64,000 nt of DNA, from positions 14,249 to 78,248 of the forward strand of contig JACPHO010000001.1 of NCBI GenBank assembly GCA_016188545.1, in the 5' to 3' direction. Origin of the DNA: Candidatus Shapirobacteria bacterium (GTDB lineage Bacteria; Patescibacteriota; Microgenomatia; UBA12405). Both the position numbers and the translations under genes were made by a program. Positions 30,113 through 39,791 of the stretch are shown here, piece after piece. Under the pieces are notes generated by a model that saw only the letters and a program-made list of their open reading frames with translations, was not told the origin of the DNA and did not search any database. Position 1 is the stretch's first letter, and each line of letters opens with the position of its first letter.

Positions 30113-31330
30113 ATGTCAGAATTCAAACTTAATCCAACATTTATATCCCAAGAACAACTAACTAAACCTGGTAATCCTGGTTCTGAGTCAATTCTGCCAA
30201 ATACAAACAGGGGGGGCTTTGATAAATTTACTCAAATCTATCAAAATATTTCAACATCAAATGCCACAGATCAAAGAAAGCAGTTCGAACAATCAAAAGT
30301 AGCGATTAGTGAAATACTCAGGGACACACTTACATCTGAAACCGTCATCGAAGTGCAAAATCCGTTTCAAAATGAGACAGATAACGATAAAACAATTAAT
30401 GTCCCACTCGATCAATACATCCAGTATTGGCAGCGCGACTTAGAAACTACTTTTGCCGCCCAAGATAATTTCGTAGCAATTTGTGAAGGAAAACTGTCGG
30501 GAAAACTACTAAAGCACGACAAAAATAACCCTTCATTATTTGTTAAAACAGCTGATTTATTAATTGGACATCTAACCAATGCCGGTGAGCCAAACGACGA
30601 GAGTAAAACGAAAATTGCCGAATTTGCCCTAAAACAACTTGAATCGACTACCACCAAGAAAATTGATGCACCGAGTGCTATCACTGCCGTTAATTTGGTC
30701 AATGCCGTATTTTATTGCAATGGAACCACAAAAGAGAAATCTGCTGAAATGTTGCCTCACGGATTGAATGTCATGCAAAACATAGTAAGAAACCAGCAGT
30801 TTAAAGATAAAAAACAGTATCCAACAAATATAAAAAGCAAATCGCTAGACGAACAACAGGCAATAAGACAAAAAGTGAACCTGGATAATCTTGACATTGA
30901 CTTTCACAATCAACAAGCAGAATCAGTGCTGCAAGCAATTGCCAAAACATTGTCGTTTCCACTTGATTACAGCCTAGACCAGGCAGAACCGTTGTTTAGT
31001 AGACTGCAAGATGTATTTACAAACGACAAAGCAGTACTTAATGATTTCAGAGTAAAAACGATTAATATGTACAAGGACGTGTTGCTAGATAAATTTAGGG
31101 ACCAGGCTATGAATCCACTACCGGAGACATTACTAAGCATGCCCAATGAGCAGCGGGCATCAGTTGTGACTACGGCCATTGGTTTATTGAAATTAATTTA
31201 TGACCAGGGTTACGATAAAACTGCCAGCCAGTTGCAGTTCAAAATACCTGACATTGCAATAATGTATATCATGCACAAAAAAGATAATAGCTATCGTGGT
31301 CCACAGACAGAGAGGTTTGTGAGGGTATAA
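30113..31330 (+). CDS. Hypothetical helical protein (accessory)
   Basis: 405 aa ORF, no recognisable motif. Confidence 0.75.
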   Translation: MSEFKLNPTFISQEQLTKPGNPGSESILPNTNRGGFDKFTQIYQNISTSNATDQRKQFEQSKVAISEILRDTLTSETVIEVQNPFQNETDNDKTINVPLDQYIQYWQRDLETTFAAQDNFVAICEGKLSGKLLKHDKNNPSLFVKTADLLIGHLTNAGEPNDESKTKIAEFALKQLESTTTKKIDAPSAITAVNLVNAVFYCNGTTKEKSAEMLPHGLNVMQNIVRNQQFKDKKQYPTNIKSKSLDEQQAIRQKVNLDNLDIDFHNQQAESVLQAIAKTLSFPLDYSLDQAEPLFSRLQDVFTNDKAVLNDFRVKTINMYKDVLLDKFRDQAMNPLPETLLSMPNEQRASVVTTAIGLLKLIYDQGYDKTASQLQFKIPDIAIMYIMHKKDNSYRGPQTERFVRV

Positions 31331-31332
31331 CA

Positions 31333-32307
31333 ATGGTACGAAAAACAGTAGATCGCCCCAACTTATCCGAAAACATCGTTCAAATAATAGAGAAGTCAGG
31401 TGAATATGGAAGCTCTTGTTGGCTAAGAGCCCAGGGGTTGATGGATAAATTAGTAGATGAAGGTATTGTGACAGTCCAAGCTGTTGGACTTAAGCCCCTT
31501 ATGGGGGATATGTCTAGGCCAGGCCATGTAGGGCTAATCATATTCAATAAAATGGTTTGGATTGATTCGGGTGACGGGCTGGGTTCTGCAACACATGACA
31601 TTAGTCCAGAAACTGTATTATCACCAAGATCAATTCTACACAACGGGACATATTACCGAGTTTTTGAGATAACCAGTGATAGACAAGAGTTTGAAGAATT
31701 CGTTGCGGTTCACAACTCTTTGTCTGATCTGGGCACTGATGTCAATGAACTGTTAGTAAATAATGGAACAGATCCTGAGATGGGGAAGGTTCTGTGGAAA
31801 CTGCAACTGCTCTCAGACAAGTTGGAACATTTTTTTGGAGTTGACACACAGTTGTCACAAGAATCACAACGAGAGTTATTGATAATGTTTACTGACACTT
31901 TTACGAAGACTGCAAAACACAACTTATCTGAACATTCAAGCGAGAATATGAATGAACTACTTAAAGGGATAATCTATCGACCTGAGTTTCTGTTGCAAAT
32001 GGTAATCGAGGAATCAGAAAGGCATCAAAACTATCTACACAAAACAGTGTCCAGGATTGCAAATGTGCAGAGCTTAGACGATGTAAACATTAGAAGCTGT
32101 GATGATTTTTGGAAAGAAGCAAATGACAGATTTAAATTATGGGAAAATTATTCAAAAAACATTACTTGCTTGTTAAAAGTTGGACATCCAATTTATTCAC
32201 AATCGACACCGAAGGAACTTGTTGACGCTATACAAGACTCTCTAAACAAAGTGCTGTTAGAAACATTGGGCTATATACGTATGTATAAGGAGGAAGGTGA
32301 AAATTGA
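31333..32307 (+). CDS. Hypothetical protein with putative Cys-His-Asp (NAT/transglutaminase-like) triad
   Basis: YGSSCW...GHVGLII...WIDSG. Confidence 0.6.
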   Translation: MVRKTVDRPNLSENIVQIIEKSGEYGSSCWLRAQGLMDKLVDEGIVTVQAVGLKPLMGDMSRPGHVGLIIFNKMVWIDSGDGLGSATHDISPETVLSPRSILHNGTYYRVFEITSDRQEFEEFVAVHNSLSDLGTDVNELLVNNGTDPEMGKVLWKLQLLSDKLEHFFGVDTQLSQESQRELLIMFTDTFTKTAKHNLSEHSSENMNELLKGIIYRPEFLLQMVIEESERHQNYLHKTVSRIANVQSLDDVNIRSCDDFWKEANDRFKLWENYSKNITCLLKVGHPIYSQSTPKELVDAIQDSLNKVLLETLGYIRMYKEEGEN

Positions 32308-32574
32308 TCCATTTCATCATTAATCCTGTATAGAAAGCACTAAAATACATAACGCTGAGCCAATTTTTCAACTGGTTAGTGGGCACGAGAGTCTCCTAAA
32401 TGGAAATTAGGTTAGCCATAATCCGTTTCCATCATACCAACATTCTCTTGACAGTCTTGTCATCTTCCATATTCTTTATTGCTGTGTGCGAGTTTTTCTC
32501 GTACGCGTAGCTTTCTAAATGAGAATGGAATAGAGCCGTAGCATAGTTTTATATCGTTTTGATACAATGTCCTC

Positions 32575-32895
32575 ATGAAAATAGAAACACTTACAGCCTG
32601 GCAACTAAGTGATTCTCCAGCATGCAATAGTGAGGCAGAAGAAATAATGGGGGAATTAATAAGGATCTCAGCTGATGCACAGGAGTGGAAACCAGTGCCA
32701 GTGACGGAGTTGGACAGACTATTTACGGGGGTAACCACAAGAGATAACCTGGAAGCACCCCTAAGAGAAGGCGTAATCAATCTAAGGACATCAGGACTAG
32801 TAACTCTGGAAGATGTCGATGGTGTCCGCTCTATAGTTGTCACTGAGAAATTCAAGACGTTTTATGAGAAAGCTTCTCAGAAAAAGTTGCCCTAA
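32575..32895 (+). CDS. Hypothetical protein
   Basis: 106 aa ORF with TACAAT 6 nt upstream of ATG. Confidence 0.65.
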   Translation: MKIETLTAWQLSDSPACNSEAEEIMGELIRISADAQEWKPVPVTELDRLFTGVTTRDNLEAPLREGVINLRTSGLVTLEDVDGVRSIVVTEKFKTFYEKASQKKLP

Positions 32896-32922
32896 AAACT
32901 GAATATCTCCATTTCCACCTAG

Positions 32923-33390
32923 TCAAGTCGCAGACAGATATTTCTTAATCGTTTTTTCTCCTGCTTTCTTTCCATCAACCTTGAAAAACGCCAAATATCT
33001 AAGCCAACTGCCCATATTTACTTTCTTCATTGTTGTTAGTATCAAGTTTGCAATCTTTTCTGTCGTCACCCACTTCTCTTTGGACAGTATTAACCTTTCT
33101 TCAACTTTGTCAAAAATTCCTACCGCCACAATACCAGCACTCCCTCTATCCAACTTTTTTTCGCCAACTACCGCATGATATATCGACGAATATAACTTTG
33201 CTCCAACATACTTAACTCTTTTTCCTGACTTTTTAACAACTGTAATATGTGCCAGATCAATTTTTTCATGAGTCGTAAATACAAATTCACACTTCAAGCA
33301 CTTCCTCCTTCTCCAAATTTGAGTTCCTTTATTGGTTGGTCTCGAGTTAGTGACTTCAATTTGTTCGCTTCCACAACTTGGACAAAACAT
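32923..33390 (-). CDS. nrdR: Transcriptional repressor NrdR
   Basis: CPSC...SR...RRRKCLKC..FTTHE zinc ribbon plus ATP-cone (VVKKSG). Confidence 0.92.
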   Translation of the reverse strand: MFCPSCGSEQIEVTNSRPTNKGTQIWRRRKCLKCEFVFTTHEKIDLAHITVVKKSGKRVKYVGAKLYSSIYHAVVGEKKLDRGSAGIVAVGIFDKVEERLILSKEKWVTTEKIANLILTTMKKVNMGSWLRYLAFFKVDGKKAGEKTIKKYLSAT

Positions 33391-33520
33391 ATCTATATAT
33401 TGACATGTAACTATAGATTTATCAATTTAAATATTAATTATAAACCTAAAACAGTTGTCATGCATATCTACATCATGTTCTATCAAGTAGGCCGCTATTA
33501 ATTTTAAATATAAGTATCAA

Positions 33521-33907
33521 ATGACCAAAGACCATAAAACAGAAATTATAATTAGTGAACCAGAGCAGATATCATTGTTTGTCAGACAAGCCAATCACTT
33601 TATAGAATCAAAACTATATTTGGGAGTCCACACCATCGGATCCAACCCAAGTGGGGTAATTTCATATCCTACTGGAAATGTTGAAAACTCAACTCTGAAA
33701 CCAACTGTCAAACCTGTATCCATAACCCCACCTTTTAGAATTTCCTTTTCACAAAATGATGAGGACACTAGTGTTTTTCACTCGAATTGTGAATTCTCAC
33801 CTGATCCATCACAGGATTGGATGCTGGACATTCTAAAATACCATTTCGCCCGTGCTGTCGCCACTTCTCTTCCAAAACCAAGATCACCTACTTCTATTAA
33901 CAGTTAA
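33521..33907 (+). CDS. Hypothetical protein
   Basis: 128 aa ORF; resembles the next ORF. Confidence 0.6.
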   Translation: MTKDHKTEIIISEPEQISLFVRQANHFIESKLYLGVHTIGSNPSGVISYPTGNVENSTLKPTVKPVSITPPFRISFSQNDEDTSVFHSNCEFSPDPSQDWMLDILKYHFARAVATSLPKPRSPTSINS

Positions 33908-33914
33908 ATCAAGT

Positions 33915-34223
33915 ATGAACAATATAGTTCTTAGTCAGCCAAGCAAAATTTACTCAATTGTTAATTCGCTAAACGACTCAGACATTTTCAGCTCAATAAA
34001 TATTAGCTCATTTAGTGCTGGCCAAGACTATCTCAAGTGGTTGGCCCCGTCGCTAGAATATCCCTGTATTTTCAATCCTTACTATCTTTTTTATCCATTC
34101 AAAATAGGCTATGGTCCACGACCATTCATTACATTTACTGATGAAATCGGCGAAAACAAACTCTTGCTCGATCAGGTCAAAACAAAAATACTGGCGATAA
34201 TTCTAAATACATCAAAGTTTTGA
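33915..34223 (+). CDS. Hypothetical protein
   Basis: ATG at 33915 after the upstream stop; resembles the previous ORF. Confidence 0.55.
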   Translation: MNNIVLSQPSKIYSIVNSLNDSDIFSSINISSFSAGQDYLKWLAPSLEYPCIFNPYYLFYPFKIGYGPRPFITFTDEIGENKLLLDQVKTKILAIILNTSKF

Positions 34224-34381
34224 TGCAGTTATTTGTAGTGTCAGATATTAGGCGAGAATTAAAAAGCATCAGGCAATACCGTAAAAAACTGGGGTTAAAC
34301 TAAGCCAGTTCTTGATTTTACTTTTCTAAATACTTAGTATTAATTATCACTAAAATAATTAAGGCACCACTTCTTTGCATT

Positions 34382-34798
34382 TTGTTTTTGATATTAGGTT
34401 TTTTTATAGGCAATAAACTGCAGCTACAAAAAGAAAAATCATGGTTTGAATCCATCAAACCAGTCCCCTTTGCCGGTGTCCAACAATATGCCACTTATTA
34501 TTACCAGGTAGATGATGATTTACCTAAATTTAAAGTTCAGGCATCAACATTTATCGAAGATCCGTATAGTGAGTTGTGTAATGATTGTGTTAATCAAGAA
34601 ATAAAAATTGGCAAAAACGAGATAACTTTAATGACCAATCCTAATCGAAAAAATCCTATATCAATCTATATTGTGCCAGAAGAAAACTACGGCAGTATCT
34701 ATAGTTTTCAATATTATCAACTTGATCAAAAGGGAAACGAAATTGAGTTTGAAGATGGCGTAAAGGAGGAAATTATAAGAGAAATTGAAAATTGGTAG
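34382..34798 (+). CDS. Hypothetical, probably membrane-anchored protein (start uncertain)
   Basis: Hydrophobic N-terminus then GNK; CNDC. Confidence 0.55.
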   Translation: MFLILGFFIGNKLQLQKEKSWFESIKPVPFAGVQQYATYYYQVDDDLPKFKVQASTFIEDPYSELCNDCVNQEIKIGKNEITLMTNPNRKNPISIYIVPEENYGSIYSFQYYQLDQKGNEIEFEDGVKEEIIREIENW

Positions 34799-34811
34799 AA
34801 CTATTTAATAA

Positions 34812-35675
34812 CTAGTCACGTTCTTCAATCAGTCTTTCAACTGCCTCCGCTGTTTCTTCTGGTTTTTCCACTGTCAACACATGTCCTGCCTCATCAACTT
34901 CCTCAATATGATATTTACCCCTACCATCCAGTAGTTTTCTTGCTTGAGTCGCATTAGTTAGCTTATCGAATTTTCCGAAAATTAGATCAATTGGGATAGT
35001 ATTATTTTCAATTAAGTCATCGATGTGAGTCTTTGAAATCGCCATCCCCATATCCACATAAACTTCCTTCGACGCCTTTAACTTCCCCTCAAAACCTGTC
35101 TCATCGATTATTTTCTTATCAAACTTATACATATTTATATGTTTGGCAGTGAAATAGGTATAGCGTTTTGTATCGACAATCCGCTTAACCGCGCTCATAG
35201 CTAATTTGCTTTTGCGAAGCAGCCGATACATCACTCCCATAACTTTCACCATCGCTGTTTTATTGTTTTTTAAAAACATTGGGGCAATCAGAATTATGTG
35301 ACTAGCTACTTTTGGATGGCGGCTATAAAAAGTCGATACTACATAAGCCCCCATCGAATGACCCACAACTACCGGTTTTTTTATCTTCATACTTTTGATA
35401 AAACCAGCCAGATAATCCGCTTGGTTCCTAAGATTATAAGAATCTAGTCGGTCGCTATCTCCAAAACCGGGAAGATCTACCCCGATAAATTGATACTCTT
35501 TATATAGATACCGTGCCATTGGGATAAACCCCTTCCAATTATTTGTCCATCCGTGCACAAACACGAGAGGACGACCTTTTCCCGAAGTAGCATAGTGTAT
35601 AACAGTATCTCCAACTTTTACCTCTGCTTCCTTAAATATTGCTACTTTGGCACCTTTTGTGATATCTTTAGACAT
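34812..35675 (-). CDS. Alpha/beta hydrolase
   Basis: VHGW, DLPGFGDS, GHSMG, G.FD, AGH. Confidence 0.93.
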   Translation of the reverse strand: MSKDITKGAKVAIFKEAEVKVGDTVIHYATSGKGRPLVFVHGWTNNWKGFIPMARYLYKEYQFIGVDLPGFGDSDRLDSYNLRNQADYLAGFIKSMKIKKPVVVGHSMGAYVVSTFYSRHPKVASHIILIAPMFLKNNKTAMVKVMGVMYRLLRKSKLAMSAVKRIVDTKRYTYFTAKHINMYKFDKKIIDETGFEGKLKASKEVYVDMGMAISKTHIDDLIENNTIPIDLIFGKFDKLTNATQARKLLDGRGKYHIEEVDEAGHVLTVEKPEETAEAVERLIEERD

Positions 35676-35677
35676 AG

Positions 35678-36739
35678 ATGTATCTTAGCAAACTTCACCT
35701 TAATTTCTTCCGTTCTTATCAAGATAGACTGATCGAATTTGGACCAAAAACAAATCTTATTGTCGGTCACAACGGTACTGGTAAGACCAATATTCTTGAG
35801 GCTATCTACTTCCTATCTTCTGGTAAAAGTTTCCGAAGTAGTGCCTTAGGTCAACTCCTCAAGTGGGACTCAACATATACTATCGTCACTGGAATAATCA
35901 ACCTCAATGATCACCAGACTGAGCTCGAATGTCAGCTCAGTAAAGAAATTGGAAAAGTTTCTGCAACCCGTAAATTTTTTATCGACAGAGTCGTCAAAAC
36001 CCGTCCCAAATACTTAGGTACCCTCAAAACTGTGGTCTTTGAGCCTGAGGATATCCGCCTTGTCACCGGTTCACCTTCTCGCCGCCGTGATTATCTCGAT
36101 AGTGTCTTTAGTACTACGCAGTGGCGTTATGCTGGCGCTCTTTCCCAGTACAACCGTGCTCTCAAACATCGTAACGAGCTATTGGACATGATTCGGGAAA
36201 ACCGCTCAAACAAATCAGAACTTTTTTATTGGGACCAATCTCTGATTAAAAATGCCACTATCATCCAAGATTTTCGTCAAAACTACATCCGTTCAGTCAA
36301 TCGTTACTTTAGTCAGCATGCTCTATCCGAAATACAACAACTTTCTCTCAATTACCGACCCTCCACTCTCTCCCAAGAAAAATTAGATCAACAGTATATT
36401 ACTGACCTCAACTTTGGCTACACTCAAGCTGGAATTCATCGTGATGATTTTAGCTTTGACAGTAAAGCCTTTTCAGCTTCCAACAAAAATCTGGCTTTTT
36501 GGGGGAGCCGAGGACAACAGAGGTTGTCGGTCCTTGCTCTCAGATTAGCCCAGATCAACTATCTCGAAGAGACATATCACCAAAAACCCATCCTACTACT
36601 GGATGATATCTTCTCAGAACTTGACCCGGAACACCGCCAACTAGTAGTCGACATTTGCCAAAGCTACCAGACAATCTTTACTTCAGCCGAGAGTACTACT
36701 TGCGATATCTTACCTACTTCTCAACAGATAATCCTCTGA
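35678..36739 (+). CDS. recF: DNA replication and repair protein RecF
   Basis: FRSY, GHNGTGKTNILEA, SRGQQR, PILLLDDIFSELD. Confidence 0.95.
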   Translation: MYLSKLHLNFFRSYQDRLIEFGPKTNLIVGHNGTGKTNILEAIYFLSSGKSFRSSALGQLLKWDSTYTIVTGIINLNDHQTELECQLSKEIGKVSATRKFFIDRVVKTRPKYLGTLKTVVFEPEDIRLVTGSPSRRRDYLDSVFSTTQWRYAGALSQYNRALKHRNELLDMIRENRSNKSELFYWDQSLIKNATIIQDFRQNYIRSVNRYFSQHALSEIQQLSLNYRPSTLSQEKLDQQYITDLNFGYTQAGIHRDDFSFDSKAFSASNKNLAFWGSRGQQRLSVLALRLAQINYLEETYHQKPILLLDDIFSELDPEHRQLVVDICQSYQTIFTSAESTTCDILPTSQQIIL

Positions 36740-36823
36740 ACTAAACTTACCCCCTGCACAAATGATGTTTTTGTACTATAATAGCTACACAGTCGTTGAG
36801 ACTGTTTTCTTTTGTACATTAAC

Positions 36824-36868
36824 ATTCAATCACTTTATTTGAAGCCACGGCTGTTAGTGCCAGAAGGA
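36824..36868 (+). other. 5' arm of the pre-16S processing stem
   Basis: ATTCAATCACTTTA...GAAGCCA...CTGTTAGTGCCAGAAGGA is complementary to 38568-38611. Confidence 0.8.
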
Positions 36869-36923
36869 TGACACCGATAATTCGGTATTTCTTTCTAAAA
36901 AATTATCCCGATCATTCGGGATT

Positions 36924-38501
36924 TGTACTAAGAGTTTGATCGTGGCTCAGGGTAAACGCTGGCGATGTGCCTAAGACATGCAAGTCGAACGGGATTTGTA
37001 GTCTACACGAAGACATTGATAACTTCTTAACTTTTTTTAAGTCTTTCCACTTTTGGAATATTTTTTTGAACTTTGATAAGAATCGATTATTGTAATCATT
37101 TCGATGTTTTCGTGTAGATTATAGATTCAGTGGCGAACGGGTGAGTAATGAGTACGAACGTACTCTCAAGCGGAACATAGCCCACCGAAAGGTGGGGTAA
37201 TTTTCCATAGTCTCGAAAGAGTAAAGACGCAAGTCACTTGAGAAGCGGCGTACTTGCCACCAGCTAGTTGGTAGGGTAACGGCCTACCAAGGCTATAACG
37301 GCTAACGGCTCTTAGCGGAGAGTCCGTCACAATGGGACTGAGACACGGCCCATACTTCTACGGAAGGCAGCAGTTAGGAATCTTGCACAATGGACGAAAG
37401 TCTGATGCAGCGACATCGCGTGAAGGATGAAGGCTCTCGGGTCGTAAACTTCTTTTATTTTGCCATGAAGGCATTTTGAATCAGCAACTACTAACTACGT
37501 GCCAGCAGTCGCGGTAATACGTAGGTTGCAAGCGTTACCCGGTTTTATTGGGCGTAAAGCGTCTGTAGGTGGTTTTATAAGTCTTATTTCAAAGACTCCG
37601 GCTCAACCGGAGATAGGGGTAGGATACTGTAAGACTAGAGTGATATCGGGGTTACTGGAATTTTTAGTGTAGGGGTAAAATCCGTGGATACTAAAAAGAA
37701 CACCAAGCGCGAAGGCGGGTAACTAGGTATTTACTGACACTCAGAGACGAAAGCTAGGGTAGCCAATCAGATTAGAGACCTGAGTAGTCCTAGCCGTAAA
37801 CTATGTATGTTAATTCTCTGCAATTTATTGTGGGGGATGTAAGCTAACGCGTTAAACATACCGCCTGGGGAGTATAGCCGCAAGGCCGAAACTCAAACGA
37901 ATTGGCGGGGAGGCGCACAACCAGTGGAGCATGTGGTTCAATTCGATACAAAGCGATGAACCTTACCTGGGTTTGACATTTATCTGCAAACCCCCAGAAA
38001 CGGGGGAATCCTTAGAGGGTGATAAACAGCTGTTGCATGGCTGTCGTCAGCTCGTGACGTGAGTTGTTCTCTTAAGTGAGGTAACGAGCGCAACCCCCAT
38101 CCGGTGTTATTGTGTCACCGGAGACTGCCTAGCATTATTTTGTTAGGAGGAAGGAGGGGACGACGTCAAGTCAGCATGATGCTTATGTCCAGGGCTACAC
38201 ACATCCTACAATGGGGAGGACAATGGGTCGCGAAACCGCGAGGTGGAGCCAATCCCACAAACCTTTCCTCAGTTGGGATTGCAGGCTGAAACTCGCCTGC
38301 ATGAACCCGGAATTGGTAGTAATCGCGCATCAGCAGCGCGCGGTGAATACGTTCTCGCCTCTTGCACACACTGCCCGTCAAATCAACAAAGTTGGGGGTA
38401 CCCGAAGCTTGGCCTTTGGCCGAATCAAGGTAAATCCAGCGATGAGGGTTAAGTCGTAACAAGGTATCTGTACTGGAAGGTGCAGATGGATCACCTCCTT
38501 T
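36924..38501 (+). rRNA. rrs: 16S rRNA (stand-alone), CPR/Microgenomates-like
   Basis: AGAGTTTGATC, GTGCCAGCAG.CGCGGTAA, AAGTCGTAACAAGGTA, GGATCACCTCCTTT; ends approximate. Confidence 0.98.
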
Positions 38502-38567
38502 GAGGATTTCTTTGAAAATATGTTCTATGGTTCGCCCAAAAAACAGTTTTCATTGCATGAATCAAGC

Positions 38568-38611
38568 TCTTTCTGGTACTAACAGTATTGGCTTCTTTAA
38601 AGTGATTGAAT
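38568..38611 (+). other. 3' arm of the pre-16S processing stem
   Basis: Reverse complement of 36824-36868 with few mismatches. Confidence 0.8.
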
Positions 38612-38612
38612 A

Positions 38613-38631
38613 CCTGCCCGCCTGTGGTGGG
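38613..38631. repeat. Short palindromic element CCTGCCCGCC-nnn-GGNGGG
   Basis: Related copies at 48841-48859 and 63498-63512. Confidence 0.65.
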
Positions 38632-38643
38632 AAAAAGAAAATT

Positions 38644-38672
38644 AAAAATCTCCCAGCAATGGGGGATTTTTT
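38644..38672 (+). terminator. Intrinsic terminator after 16S
   Basis: AAAAATCTCCCA-GCAA-TGGGGGATTTTTTT hairpin with U tract. Confidence 0.75.
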
Positions 38673-38726
38673 TGTATCTAATGACTAAAAGCAAATACTT
38701 TGTTAAAATCCATCGACCAAACAACT

Positions 38727-39449
38727 ATGGCAGATATTCAAACCAATCCTAATCTAGACCTTCAAAAATTACCCAAGCACGTCGCGGTCATTATGGATGG
38801 AAACCGTCGCTGGGCTAAAAGTCGGGGTATGGGTTCAACCGAAGGCCATCGTCAGGCTGCTCTAAATACTATTGAACCAATTATCGAAAGATGCGGCGAA
38901 CTGGGTATTAAATACGTTACCTTCTGGGCATTCTCCACCGAAAATTGGAAAAGAGACGAAGAAGAATTAAAAGGCTTATTTGATGTTTTTCGTCTTGGAT
39001 TGGCCTCACTGGCCGCTCGTTTTATCCAAAAAGGAGCCAATCTGCGTATTTTAGGTGACATTAACCGATTTCCTGCGGACATCGCCAAAAAGACTTTGGA
39101 AATGATGAGTCAGTCTAAAAAGAACGATAAAATATTTGTCACTTTTGCCCTCAACTATGGCGGCCGCGATGAGATCCTCCGAGCAGTTAAAAAAATTGTC
39201 AATGAAAAGCTCCTCTCTGACTCCATCACTGACGAAGTGTTTTCTTTACACCTAGACACCGCTGGCATCCCTGACCCTGACCTTATCATCCGCACCGGTG
39301 GTGAGCAAAGACTATCCGGTTATCTCCCGTGGCAGTCAGTTTACGCGGAACTTTATTTTGTATCCACACTTTTTCCAGACTTCAGTCCAGTTGAGTTTGA
39401 AAAAGCACTATTTTGGTATCAGCAGCGCGACCGCCGTCTCGGCAAATAA
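38727..39449 (+). CDS. uppS: Undecaprenyl diphosphate synthase
   Basis: HVAVIMDGNRRWA, AFSTENW, NYGGR, DLIIRTGGEQRLS. Confidence 0.96.
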   Translation: MADIQTNPNLDLQKLPKHVAVIMDGNRRWAKSRGMGSTEGHRQAALNTIEPIIERCGELGIKYVTFWAFSTENWKRDEEELKGLFDVFRLGLASLAARFIQKGANLRILGDINRFPADIAKKTLEMMSQSKKNDKIFVTFALNYGGRDEILRAVKKIVNEKLLSDSITDEVFSLHLDTAGIPDPDLIIRTGGEQRLSGYLPWQSVYAELYFVSTLFPDFSPVEFEKALFWYQQRDRRLGK

Positions 39450-39452
39450 AAT

Positions 39453-39779
39453 CTAGTTCTTATTTGTAAATCTAACACCCGGTACATTAGCACATTGTAA
39501 CTGATTAAACACTTTTAAATTTTCATCTCTGGTTGTTAATACCGTCTTCCCCCGATTTAAAGTTACTACAACACCTCTTATCGCAACATCATCAACCAAA
39601 ATTGTTACTGGATTAAGTGAATTTCCAAATTCCAACATCACAGTTCCTTTGGTACTTGCTGTCAAGTCTCTCACAACATTGTAAAGTGATGGTTCGCCGT
39701 CAACAATATCAACCTCCAGACTACCTCCAACAACTCTCCTATTTAATAAAACATTTTCTATCAATATGTTTTTCTGCAT
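39453..39779 (-). CDS. Hypothetical protein
   Basis: 108 aa ORF downstream of the pilin-like genes. Confidence 0.5.
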   Translation of the reverse strand: MQKNILIENVLLNRRVVGGSLEVDIVDGEPSLYNVVRDLTASTKGTVMLEFGNSLNPVTILVDDVAIRGVVVTLNRGKTVLTTRDENLKVFNQLQCANVPGVRFTNKN

Positions 39780-39791
39780 ATGTCAAATGTC

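Noticed and set aside
32310-32570. Possible ncRNA in the 260-nt gap
   Set aside because: No convincing structure or family motif found by eye.
34235-34303. Short reading frame VVSDIRRELKSIRQYRKKLGLN*
   Set aside because: Possibly a gene remnant, but too short to assign.
30067-34800. Prophage or integrative element at tRNA-Tyr
   Set aside because: No integrase, phage genes or att duplication found; nrdR lies within the span.
36992-37128. Self-splicing intron or endonuclease ORF in 16S
   Set aside because: Too short, no ORF, and a simple stem-loop.
38104-38724. ORF-track ORFs in and just after the 16S gene
   Set aside because: They are shadows of rRNA and its trailer.
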